A DNA stretch of 55,286 nucleotides, taken from Prorocentrum cordatum (lineage: Eukaryota). The notes under the pieces were generated by a model that had not been told where the DNA came from, searched no databases, and was given only the letters and a program-made list of their open reading frames with translations. Position 1 is the first letter of the stretch. The number at the start of each line of letters is the position of its first letter. A program made the translations under genes and the position numbers. Where the stretch lies: contig CAUYUJ010000169.1 of the NCBI GenBank assembly GCA_963575745.1, positions 62,001 through 117,286 of the forward strand, in the 5' to 3' direction. Positions 21,925 through 32,735 of the stretch are shown here, one piece after another.

Positions 21925-22679
21925 GACTCGGGATGAAAAACTGGTCCGGGTCAAGGGGTCCAGACCTCTGGGGGTCGACGTTGCGAAAAAATCACGACGT
22001 CGGGGGACTTGGAAGACGAGACTCGAGAAAATATTGGAAAAGAGTGGAGGGGGAGTCGAAGCTCCAGAACATGTGGGAAAATATGCGGGGGATCCTGGGA
22101 CTTGTGTCCATTTATTTGAGCGTGTTCCTGGGCCCCTTTGCCATCACCTGGCCCCGGCACCATCAGCAACGGATACCGGGCGACAAAGCTTGCCGCGGGG
22201 GGAACGGCTCGGGACCTCTGGGGCCGCGCATGGACACATCACGTCGGATGCCTTTGGGGAGGTCCCGCGAGGCCCAGAGGGCCGGAGGGCCCTGAAGGTC
22301 CCTTGAGGGCCTCCGGAGGTCTCCCGGGGTCCCCGTCGAGCTTCCAGAGGGCCAACTGAGCGACGCAAGAAGACGGGTTCGATTGCGCCGACATTTGCGC
22401 GTAAGCTGCTCGCGTAGGGTAGGCGCCCTCGCTTCCAGCGTAGCGTGCAGGGTGGGCGGCCCGTTCCAGCCTGTGCCACAACCTAGGCCCTGTCCTTCAG
22501 CGGAGACCGCGCCCGTTCCAGCAGTCCCAGTCCAGTGGCGGTGGTGGCGGCCATGGGGGAGAAAGAAGAAGAGTTTGTCACATAGTTGGGCAGTCGTATG
22601 CGTCTTGTTGCACCACCACCACCACCAGGACGTCTTCAGAAGAGTCTTATTACCACCACCACCACACCTAAGTCAAGGG

Positions 22680-23700
22680 CGTCTTTCAGAGGAGTCCTTA
22701 TTACAGGGGGCTCTTACTGAAGGGATCCTTACGAAAAGGCATCCCCACAAATGAGGCTGCATTGAAACCATCCGTCTAAAAGATCCATTAGCAACATATC
22801 CTTGCTCAGGAACCCGCATCCTTTTCAAAGAGCCATTATCAAATGCAGTAGTAATAAGGGAACCATACTACAAAAGATCCTCACCGAGAGGACAAATACT
22901 AAAGGATCCGCCGTGAGGATGCCGTATGAAAAAGGCATGTATACGAAGGATCTCGTAGTAAAGCTGCCAGTTCCAAAAGGGCCCGTACGAAAGGAAGCAT
23001 AAGGAATAAATACATACCACAGGGATCCTTACCGAGGGGATCCTTATTGAAGGCATCTTTGCCTTGTCCAGGACTCCTTACATAATAGATCCATAGTAAG
23101 GAGCCCTTCATCATTACTATCAAAAGTACCATTGGATCCTTACTAAGGGGGGGAAAGGGGGGGTACTGATGGATCCGTACAACGGCGTCCCCACTAAGAA
23201 GACCTCATTACATGCATCCATATTAAGGGAACAGCAATAAGAAGGGTATCATTGTTCAGGTACCCGCATCTTCCTTCAGGAGCCATTACCAAAGGAAGTA
23301 GTAGCAAGGGATCGTTGCCACAGGGGTCCTATCCGAGAGGGCACAAACTAAATGAACCCTCCCGATGGAGCATTACCAAACGCATTATGATTAACGACCC
23401 CATTGCTAAAGGTATTCGTGCAGAGGGACCCTTACTAAATGAGGCACGAACAATGAGTCCTTACTACAGGGATCCTCATTGAAGGGGTCCTTATTAAAGG
23501 CATCATTGCTAATGACCCCTCGCCCAAGGAATCATCACTAAGGACTCCTCCCGTACAGGAACCCTTTTTCTAACGAATGCTTATCATAAGCATCCTCATT
23601 CCGGATCCCCCAGTAAAGGAAATTTGCTCTGGACCTTTTGGAACAAAGGCATCATTCAAGAAATGTGTGCAAAGGATTCTTCACTAAAGGAGTTCTCAGT
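22680..23700. repeat. Degenerate short-unit tandem repeat rich in AGGGATCCTTAC
   Basis: Recurring GGATCC/CCTTACTAA motifs; lower GC than the flanks. Confidence 0.7.
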
Positions 23701-24329
23701 CTGGATCCCTGCGAGTTTCGCAGGGGGAGATTCGACCCTTGAGCCCGTTGCAAGAGGGCCTGGGGGTCCAAGGCCCCTGAGGTAGCCCGTCCTGGGAAGG
23801 AGAAGCGACACCACCACCGCCAGGGGGGGCACCTCCATCGAGGAGGTCCACGATGCATCTCCGAGCTGGGGATAGTGGGTGTCTCGAGCGAACAGGGGGG
23901 GCCATACCACCAGGGTGACCCCTTGGCTCGTCCCGCTGAGCGGTGGTCCCTGGTGGTAGTGGTGTCGCCTGTCCTTGCTCCAACGAAGATAGTCCAAGAA
24001 CCCCGATACCGCCGAAGCACCTGCCAGGATGTCCAGAATGGCGTCAAACAAGCTCCTGTATGGCCAAAAGATGGCATCAGGAGACCCACCAGACGACCCA
24101 ATGAAAGCTTCTGGGTGTTTAAATCAATGAACGGACCATGATGTTTCTGAGTTCCCAACCATCCTGTGGTGTTGTGTCTTCGTTTTGAAGAGACGACGCC
24201 CCGCGCCTCTTTCCTTCCCTCCCGCCGCCCTCCCCCATCCTCCCATCTTTGCTTCTGCCCTACGCATGTTCTCATCATCACCGTCAGCGTCAGCATCTTC
24301 CTCCTTTCGGTACACCCACATGTTTTGAG

Positions 24330-24700
24330 CCCCACCGAAGGCCTTTGTGACAGCGCCCGCATGGCGGCCACGTGCAATTTCGGCACATCTCTCACATGTT
24401 TCGTGGCCCCATACGGAGATCCACCGAAGGCCCCAGTGGCAGCGCCCGCATGGCGGCCACGCCCCATTTCGGCACTCACACGCTCCGTGGTCCCCATAGG
24501 AGCTTCACCGAAAGCCCCAGTGGCAGCGCCCGCATGGCGGCCCCACCCAATTTTGGCACACCCTTCACACGCTTCGTGGCCCCATAGGGAGCTCCACCGA
24601 TGGCCCCGATGGCAGCGCCCACATGGCGGCCCCGCCCCATGTGGGCACACCGCTCACGCGCTTCGTGACCCCATCGGGAGCTTTCCCTCCTTCGTCGCGC
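24330..24700. repeat. ~88-bp tandem repeat, ~4 copies
   Basis: GCAGCGCCCGCATGGCGGCC...CGTGGCCCCATAGGGAGCTCCACCGAAGGCCCCAGTG recurs. Confidence 0.85.
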
Positions 24701-25946
24701 ATGCCTTGCGATTCTAAGGCCTGTATATGGTTGGGTCCTTCGCCAGGATAATGTTTGCTGCGCGTTTGGGACTCCGCCGGAACATTCAGAGCACGTTTCC
24801 CCTTGGGGGATCTGCCGTAATTGGTTGCCACGCAATCCTGCCGGTTCGAACGTTTGGCACATTATAGTGAATTCAGTATGTTTTGCTGGAGCTCCGCCTG
24901 AACACATCCCGAACGTATTTACCATTATTTTTCTCTCTGGGGGCAACGTCAGGGGGGGATAGGTTTCAGGGGGGATGCATCAACCGCCAATCGCCCATTC
25001 ATCGCCGACAGGGGCCCGACAGACCCCCCCCCCGTCCAGCTCCGTGCAGTGTCGCTATCGAGGGCTTATCGCCGACCTATCGGCGATGTATCGCCGATTC
25101 AAGGTCGACGTTCCCCCTTCCCTCCACCTGAGCTGGTCCCCCCCTAACGTTGCCCCATCGCCTCCTCCACTGTGCGGTAGGAGCGCTGGGTAAGAGTTGC
25201 GTCTGGCCTCAGACCCAGGGGAACTCCTTCTCTGATGAGGGCGGCAGTGATATCCGCGGCCAGTCCACGAGTAGAGTTCCACCTGCTTCCAGGCGCTGGA
25301 GCGGCCGCGAGTGGCTCCAAGTTTTCCCTGGAGATGTCTCTGGATTCCCCTGGTGGCTCACCTGGGTTTGCCTCGATTTATGCTTGGATGTGCCTGGATG
25401 CGCCTCGCTTGATCTGCCATTGACCTGGATTTTTGTCTGGCTCGGTCCCCACAAGCCGACGGCGACAAGTCGACAAGCCCCCAGGGATTACCCGATGCCC
25501 TCACCGCAGTCTGCCCCCCTGGAGACGGTCAGAGGCCGCCTGGCGAGGGCCCAGCGTCGGGCCCGAGCCCGCCCGAGCACGCCGTGGGCCGTCGGCCCGG
25601 GGCGCCGCGCAGACGTCCTGGAGGCGTCCAAGTCAAGCAGTGGCGAAGCGCCCCGGCGTGCCTATAGGCCCACCAAACAGTGTCCTAAGAGCCTCTTGTG
25701 TGGCTTCCGCAGAATGTTGGCGGAACGCTGCTGGCTGGGACTGTCTTGTTTGGACACATCGGCTTCACGTTCTAAGGACACTGTTTTGGCTATCGGGACA
25801 GTGCTGTGTTCTAAGAACATGCCGTAGTAGGCCTGCAGGAATGCCAGGACGGTCGGTCCCTGCTCAACCAAGACGGACAGCTCAACGTCTCCCCCAGAGG
25901 CCCCAGAGCACACCCAGACGGCCTCCAGATCACCAGAAGGCCCACT

Positions 25947-25967
25947 CCCTGCCCGCTTTGGCTCAAG
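25947..25967 (+). other. Degenerate dinoflagellate spliced-leader relic
   Basis: CCCTGCCCGCTTTGGCTCAAG matches CCGTAGCCATTTTGGCTCAAG at 16/21 positions, with the last 11 identical. It lies 63 nt before the in-frame ATG at 26031 and at the switch to lower-GC coding-like sequence. Confidence 0.65.
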
Positions 25968-26030
25968 GCGATGTGGCGCTAGACGTTGCGGTTCAAACCG
26001 GCATTCCTTGTTCGAGGCATCATTCTCTTG

Positions 26031-27615
26031 ATGCATCGTCGCATCGCCCCAGTTGTACATGACTTTCTCTGCCAGCCATCGTTCAGGCCTGTCAAGGCAT
26101 ATTTGAAGGTGATGACACACAGACAAACGTTGTTATCGAACGGCCAATTCTTCCAGAATGATTTTGCGACGCAGCTAAAACAACTGCGGAGTTCGGAATT
26201 GCACAAAACCGTTTCTGCTATGCCTAAGGGTGCCCTTCTACACACACATCTTGCTGGCATGGGTGATCGATTGTCTTTGCTTCAGAGCGCACAAACATAC
26301 TTCACGGACCGTGACGATCAATGCTGGGTCGGCGCGAATGGTGTTTGCCGCGTTTCGTTGCGCAGCGATGCTGGAGAGGTTTGCCTTGCTGATGTTGATG
26401 TTGTAGAGTTGTCACGAGACATGATGTTGCAGCCACCTGATGGAACTGGTGCCGATCTTTCCAACCTGCAGTGGAAGAAATTCGAGGCATGTTTCGATCG
26501 TTTCGATAGTCTCTTTTTTTACGAACCCTTCTTTGTAGATCACGTACTGCCAGCGGTTTTCACGAGCTTACGCAACGACCACGTGTGTGCAGTGGAGTTA
26601 GCCCTGAATCCGTGTCGCAAGCTTCACAGGGGCAGCGGAACAATCGATCCCACAGGAACCCGCCTCATAGGCCTAATCAAAGATTTTGCTGACCATATTG
26701 CTTTTCCGCTGCAGTTCCGCTTGACTTTGAGCCGCCGCAAGTCGATAGAGGACCTACGCGGCGATTGCGAGAGATTTATCGAGTTAAGGAGGTTGTTTCC
26801 AGACAGTGTGACGACATTCGATGTGTCAGGTCAGGAGGGCATTGGGAGGACATTGAGAGAGATGGAGCCTCTGGCAATCGCTTTACGCAAAGGTGGGTTT
26901 AAACACTGCGCTCTGCATGCTGGAGAAATCAATGATGTCCGGCATCCCGATGTTGTGCAAGCGTTGTTCAGCAGGTCCTGGGAACCATTGAGGCTAGCCC
27001 ACCCCATTGCAACAGCGAAAGCAGGTGATCATATTCTCAATGCTATCAGGTAGAAGGGCATTTGGCTGGAGGTAATGCCTTTCAGCAATGTGTTCTTGGG
27101 ATATACTGCAAACATTCAGAACCACCCAATCGTATCTCATAGGGAATTGCTGACATCGCAAGGAGTGATGGCGTCTGATGATGATGGTATATTTGGAAGC
27201 ACAAATTTAACTGACAATTTTGCATTCGCAAGTCTAGCTTGGGAGCTAGAAGTACCCAGCATGCGGAAATTGGCTGAAAACAGCATCGTTGCAAGTGGCT
27301 TTCCAGAGGATGTAAAGCACAAGCTTCAAGCACAGCATAAAAAAGATTGGCAGCAGTGGGAAGCTGAATGCGCAGCACCTGCCGATCGCGTCATCGGCCA
27401 AATTCTCAGCGCCTCAAAACAAACACATCAGGAGACGCACAACCCCGATCTACTTCAGATGTTTGATCAATTCGTAGGCAACCCGATCGCCAGGTTTCGG
27501 AGAATGGATGGCATTGCCCTCCAGTATGCTTTTACGATCGAGATGTACACTGCATTGATTCCACCGTTCAGCTCCGAACTTGATGTTGTGTTTGTTGCAT
27601 CAAACAGACATGGAT
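26031..27615 (+). CDS. Segment 1: ADA2/ADGF-like adenosine deaminase domain plus start of PA domain (in-frame TAG at 27051)
   Basis: Motifs MPKGALLHTH, FDVSGQE, LHAGE, RLAH, LEVMPFSN, HPI, ASDDDGIFG, LAENSI. All Zn-binding and catalytic positions appear intact. ORFs 25986..27053 and 27075.. share a frame. Confidence 0.9.
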
Positions 27616-29085
27616 ATTGGGAAGACCTTACGGCCGGTGCCGCCGACCCTGAAGGGGGGGACGACGACCACGACGGCGGCGTCGGCGACGACGACGCTGA
27701 CGTGGGGCAGAGATGCTTCGTGGGGCCTCTTCGGAGCGCGCCCGTAGGCCTCTGGGGGGCAGTTTTGGGTCCTCTTGGGAGCATTTTGGGGCCCCTTGTA
27801 AGAGCCTCTTGGTGGTCCCTTCGGGCTTCCTAGGGGGTTCTTGGGGCCTCTTGGGGGCCTCTTGGGGCCTCCTAGGGGGTTCTCAGTGCCGAGGGCTCGA
27901 AATGTTCGTTCGGGTTCCCGTGTGGTCACCCTCTTGGAGCCGTTTTGGGGCTTCTTGGGCCATCCTGCGGCCGTCTTGTGTTGATTTGGGGCCGTCTTAG
28001 AAATCTCTTGGGGGACTCTTGTGCAGATTTTTGTGGCATCTTGGGCCGTCTTATGGCGTCGGGAAACCGAAAAGGCGAGAACGCCAGATTCTTTCGAACA
28101 CCAGATTGAAATCATTGAGTTCTGCTTCTTGGGGCTCTATTGGTGTGCTCTTGGAGGCCTCTTCGAGCCTCTTGGCAGCCGCTTGGGCTGTCATGAGGCC
28201 ATCTCTGGCGTCTTGTCTCCTTTGCCTTGGCTTTGGGCTGGGTAGGGCGAATGCATGGGGGGCTGACCGCTCGGCGGGAGGCACCGCGAGCGCGCTTCTC
28301 GCAGGGCGCGCCAGAGGTGACCTCGCCCCCCCACTCGAGCGAGTCGCTTTGCGAAGAGGGCGCAAGCGCGTTGAATGGCCCCGCCCACCCGCACCTGCCC
28401 CGCCCCAGAACGCGGGGTTCGGGCGGGGGCTTCTTCCCACCCCGAGCGCAGAGGCTCGAGGAGGTCCCCCTCCGCGCGGTTCCAGGACCACTCGAGAGGT
28501 GTGACTCACGCGTGCACGCGCAGACCAGAGCCTGCTCCGCAGGACCATGCCCTGGTGGAGGGCCTGGCCCCTCTCCCCCACGTTGGCGCGGTCCTGGCTC
28601 GTCTCTCTCTCTCTCTCTCTCTCTCTTGCGGCACTCCCCCACGTGCTTGCCGCATTCGCTTCGCTGCAGCTCGCTCCGCGCCGTCGGGACCGATTGTTTG
28701 GCGATTCGGGGCTTTCTTGGACCGTCTTGGGCGCCTCTTGGGCTGTCTTGGGGCCTTTTTGGGCCCCAGGACCCCCTCGGGGGAGGATGGCATTCTGACC
28801 CGGGACCCCCCCCCCCTTGGGACCCCCCTCAGGATATCCCCAAGAGGGGGAAGGGATCAAAGGCAATGGGCTTCCACTCGACTCAACTGCGGCGTTGCTC
28901 AATCTCGCTTTGGTTTTGCTTTGGCTGGTTCGCTCGACGAGGAGAGCCCAGTGAAAGGGGGGGGGAGCGGCGAAGGGCTCTGGGAAAGGAGGGTCAAACG
29001 CGACGGCGATGGCGACGACGACGACGACGACGACGACGTCGAGTCAAAAAGAACAGCGTCTTCCACACGCCGACTGGGTCGGCGG
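27616..29085 (-). mobile_element. Non-autonomous Helitron2/Helentron-like insertion (boundaries +/-3 nt)
   Basis: Asymmetric IR CCGCCGACCC (27640-27649) / GGGTCGGCGG (29076-29085); terminal hairpin CGCCGAC-TGG-GTCGGCG; no TSD; CTCTTGGGG-rich interior shared with 47980-48600. Confidence 0.7.
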
Positions 29086-30913
29086 ACTGTGATTTCGTGC
29101 ATGAACACATTGCAGGAAAGGCTGTCGTTGTGTTTTGGAAGAATAGAGAGTCTGTCGGTGTTGCTATGAGAAACGCCGTGGGCGCTTCGGCATCAGCACT
29201 CATATGTGTCCTACCGACTAACGAGCTCCTCAAGATCAAGACAAGTCCTTGGGCTACCGCAGGCTTCCCTGATGATGTGTTGGCCCATGATGACAAGCTG
29301 ATCCCTTTTGTGATCATTGGCCGGAGTGATGGGATTGCTTTGTGCCGCGAGTTGCGTGCAGGCAGTCGAATACCAGTTTTGTTCGAGAAAGATGATGTCC
29401 TACAGCGCATCGGCGAATTCACAGCAAAGTTGGGTAGCATTTTCTTGTGCATGCAGCAGACTGAGTTGATTGAAGACATCTCCGAGCAGTTCGATGCACT
29501 CATGCGTTGTATGACTGGGTATCCCAGCTTTGCAGACTTACAACGTCTTATTGCCACAGGAAACAGTGAAGATGAGGCAACACGCCTCGCCATGTACATC
29601 ATTTGGTTGACAGTCCTGTCAGTTGACATTCGCAGCTTTGCCAGGCTCGCAAGTCAGATGCTCAGTGCATTCGAAGCCGATTTGAGATTTGTTTTGAGCC
29701 CACGGCAGATCGACCTCCACAAGTCGATGCTTGTGCATCTGAGGGAAGATGCTAGTGCTAAGCGCAAAGTCTCCGAATCAGCTCTTTTTGAATCGTTAAC
29801 ACAAATGGAAGCGATCTTAGCAGATTTCAAACAAGCTGCAAAGGATGACACCTTTAGTCGGCATTCTACGCATGTGATGGAGTCTATCACTGATATGTCA
29901 GACCCACTTGCGGCAATGAAGGCTCTGCATTTGATCTGCACAACCGAGATGCTTGCTAATATTCCTGCTGTTTTGCAGCAACACGTGGCCACGATAGAAA
30001 GCATTATTGAAGACCTCAACTGCGTGACGAGCCCTATGGACATGATCCTTCAGGAAATAGGGTTTGCTCGCATTGCAGTGAAGGTCTGTACGACGAAGCA
30101 AAGGTTGGAGTTGCAAATGGCTTTTAGGGCTTTTAGATTTGCGCAGAAAGATTTCGCGCTATATAACAGTGTATTCGGCGCTTGGTGCTCCCATGCCGCT
30201 ATGAACACGATGAGAGATATCTTCGGTGCACACTGGCAACCTGAAGCCTTCCGGGAATCAATCGCAGCTGCACTTAGTGAGGCAGATGCATGGGTTTGGC
30301 ACGAACTTACGACGAATATGAACGCGCTCCTATATGTTGAAAATCCGAGGCAGCAGTCGCAGATTTTAGTGCAGATATTGACTTTGGTTCGGACGACGCT
30401 CTTGAAGCTTCTCAGTGGTACCGACTCGCAAATGAAATTTGTGGAAGGTCAGCCAGACTCAGCACCATCGCCCAGTCATCAGGTGATGCTCTACACGCGG
30501 AGCCATTTCAAGCTGGAAGAAGTCAAATGCGCCTTGGATGTGGTGGATTCAGAAGCGCCGATCATGAGTAATAAACCCCGCGTCGACGTCAGTGTCGTCA
30601 TGTGCACTGAGACCCCCGAGGATGCCCTTCAACAGGGGGCAGATGCTATCCCATTGCGAGCATATCTATCAAATCGTTGCAAGATGGCGTGCGGTATTCA
30701 GGGGTGCCCCATTCTAATTGAGAGTTGTTTTCTGTTGGACGCAAGGGTGGCAGAAATTGATGTTGATATGATGACCATCAGCGAGCTCAGACAATCCGGA
30801 AGGGCTTCGCCCTTTGCCGCCCCCACTCTCTGTATTAGAATTGGAGATGTCCGCGCTATGCTGGGACGTGCCGGCGCTGTTTGGAAAGTTTCGGGGAGCA
30901 TTTGGCGAGGACG
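29086..30913 (+). CDS. Segment 2: PA (protease-associated) domain, ~370-aa helical region, N-terminal half of Ham1-like domain
   Basis: PA-like CDF..IAGKAVVV..NAVGASASALI..IPFVIIGRSDGIAL. Ham1-like VMLYTRSHFKLEEVKCAL and NRCKMACGIQGCPILIESCFL (compare human ITPA VFVTGNAKKLEEV and [21 protein letters not shown]). Confidence 0.8.
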
Positions 30914-31548
30914 ATTGGCACTCCACAAGCACCTTGAGCTGTTGCTGACCGCTTCGCTTCCTTCTCGGAGCGCGAAGCTGGCGTAATCTGAAAGAGACTC
31001 TGGCCTGAGAAGCGCGCGCCTGGCATACTTTACAAAAAGGATTCTTCTCTCGGGAGCGCGAGCCCGGCGTAGGTTGTTCAAGATTCTGGCCTCGGGAGCC
31101 CGGCTTTGGCGTAATGTGCCAGGGATTTTGGAATCGGGGGCGCGAATTCGGAGTAATCCAGTTATGGATTCTCATTTCGGGAAGATCCATACGGCGTAAT
31201 CTGCAAGAGAATCTCGCCCCGGGAGCGCAAATTCGGCGCAGGTCACGAAGGATTCTGGCTTCGGGAGAGCGAGTCTTGCGTAATTTACAAAGGGCTCTGG
31301 CCTCAGGAGCGCGAGTCTGGCGCAACTCACTAAGGATTCTGGCCTCGGGAGTGCGATTCCGGCGTAATTTGCGAAGGATTCGGGTTTCGGGGCGCGAACC
31401 CGGCGTAATCTGCAAAGGATCATTGGCCCGGGAAGGCGAATCTCACGCATGGTTACGCGTTCCAGGGCCACGCAGATTTCTGAGAACCTTTAAGGGGGTG
31501 GGTGGAAGCGGGGTGGCGCTGGGCTACCCCCCTCGCGCGGACAGCAAC
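30914..31548 (-). mobile_element. Second asymmetric-IR (Helitron2-like) insertion containing a ~40-bp tandem repeat
   Basis: IR GTTGCTGACCGC (30941-30952) / GCGGACAGCAAC (31537-31548), 11/12 complementary. Starts with ATTG like the first insertion. Interior repeat GGCGTAATTTGCGAAGGATTCTGGCCTCGGGAGCGCGA. Confidence 0.7.
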
Positions 31549-31978
31549 GATTGACAGCAGGAAGCAGAACGGACGTAGCATCACAACATTGGGAAGAGGC
31601 CACCTCAGCCCCGCAGCTTGGTGGCCCCACAGGGAGGCCAGCGGATGGATGGTTTGGGATACGGCAGTCAATGCGTTCAGGGGAGGTGAGCAGAATTGGT
31701 ATGGCCAGCTTGCCCTTGAATTGTCTTATCTCGCTTACTTCGATTCGCAGGGTATGGAGCAGCCCAAAGTGTTTCGTCGGGCTGGGCTCGGCATGATAGG
31801 AGCGCCTCAAGGTGTGCGATGCTTTGGGTGGGATCGGTACTTTCGGCCGCTGTCACCACACGCATCTCCATTCACATACGCACAAATATTGCCGCGCCGG
31901 AAGGCTGAGATGTCCGCACGCGGATTTAATGTTCGGCAGTTGAACACTTTCTTGCAGGAGAGCCACCTCAGGATCTGA
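31549..31978 (+). CDS. Segment 3: C-terminal half of Ham1/ITPase-like domain
   Basis: KVFRRAGLGMIGAPQGVRCFGWDRYFRP..TYAQILPRRKAEMSARGFNVRQLNTFL aligns by eye to ITPA [55 protein letters not shown]. Confidence 0.85.
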
Positions 31979-32576
31979 ATAACAAATTTGTCCAGTGAAG
32001 GATTTGGATCATGCATGGTCTTGGTTGACACAGCTGAGATCCGCAGGGGACTCCAACATGACCCTCCACTCGGTCCCGCAACGGCTCCAATGTCCCCCCC
32101 GCCAGATGCCCCCGAAAACCTCGATGAGATTTCCACCAGCCTCGCCACGACGCCCCCTGCAAAGTCTCAACGATCTTACACTCACACTCCAAGAAGAGCC
32201 CCACGCAGACCCATAGACCTCAAGCCAGCCCACTTCATATTGCGAAGGCCTTACGGCCGGTGCCGCCGACCCTGAAGATGAGGACGCTGACCACGGCGAG
32301 GTAGAAGGAGGAGAAGTAGGACGAGCAGGGGGATGAGCCGCATGAGGAGGAGGAGGGTGAGGAGGATGGGGAGGAGGAGGTGGAGCCAGAGCTTCAGGGA
32401 AAGGGGGGGGGAATGGAGGCGGGTTAGAACCCCACACAGACCCACAGACCTCAAGCCAGCCCACTTCATATTTTGTCTCGCACTTGCCCTGGACAGCTCG
32501 AGGGTCCGCAGTGACAGCTTCGGGCACCCGAGTGCAGCCCTCAAGGGCCCGTGGGGCTCCGTAAGACCGTGGGGCA

Positions 32577-32735
32577 TTAAGTCGGGCGTGTCCCTCTACA
32601 GGAGGAGTATTGAAAAATAGTTAAAAATAGTCTGGGGACGATTTGTTGACCATGTTTGAATATTAGTCGAGTAGTTTGAGGGTATGTTTTATTTTTCGCC
32701 TAAAATCCGCCTGTACGGGGACAGGCCCGACCTAG
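32577..32735. mobile_element. MITE family M copy
   Basis: Same TIRs and AAAATAGTCTGGGGAC core; no clear TSD. Confidence 0.75.

Larger units (their letters stand above)
26031..31978 (+). pseudogene. Interrupted retrocopy encoding an adenosine deaminase-PA-helical-Ham1/ITPase-like fusion (~1280 aa reconstructed)
   Basis: Joining 26031-27615, 29086-30913 and 31549-31978 gives 3843 nt in one frame, with a single internal TAG at 27051-27053. Confidence 0.75.

Noticed and set aside
25205..25295. Hammerhead ribozyme (CTGATGAG core; similar sequence at ~54395-54490)
   Set aside because: No GAAA after a stem II and no stems I/III found; treated as a dispersed repeat.
28227..29085. First ~286 aa of the 919-aa ORF
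   Set aside because: It lies inside the 27616-29085 insertion and is low-complexity and repeat-derived.
29370..30480. SIR2/TIR effector domain completing a Kongming-like triad
   Set aside because: No GAGxS, TxNxD or HG motifs; the region looks alpha-helical and remains unassigned.
30960..31440. ~40-bp periodic repeat as a CRISPR array or a repeat-protein exon
   Set aside because: Degenerate head-to-tail units without spacers, inside an IR-bounded insertion, with a stop in the gene's frame at 30984.
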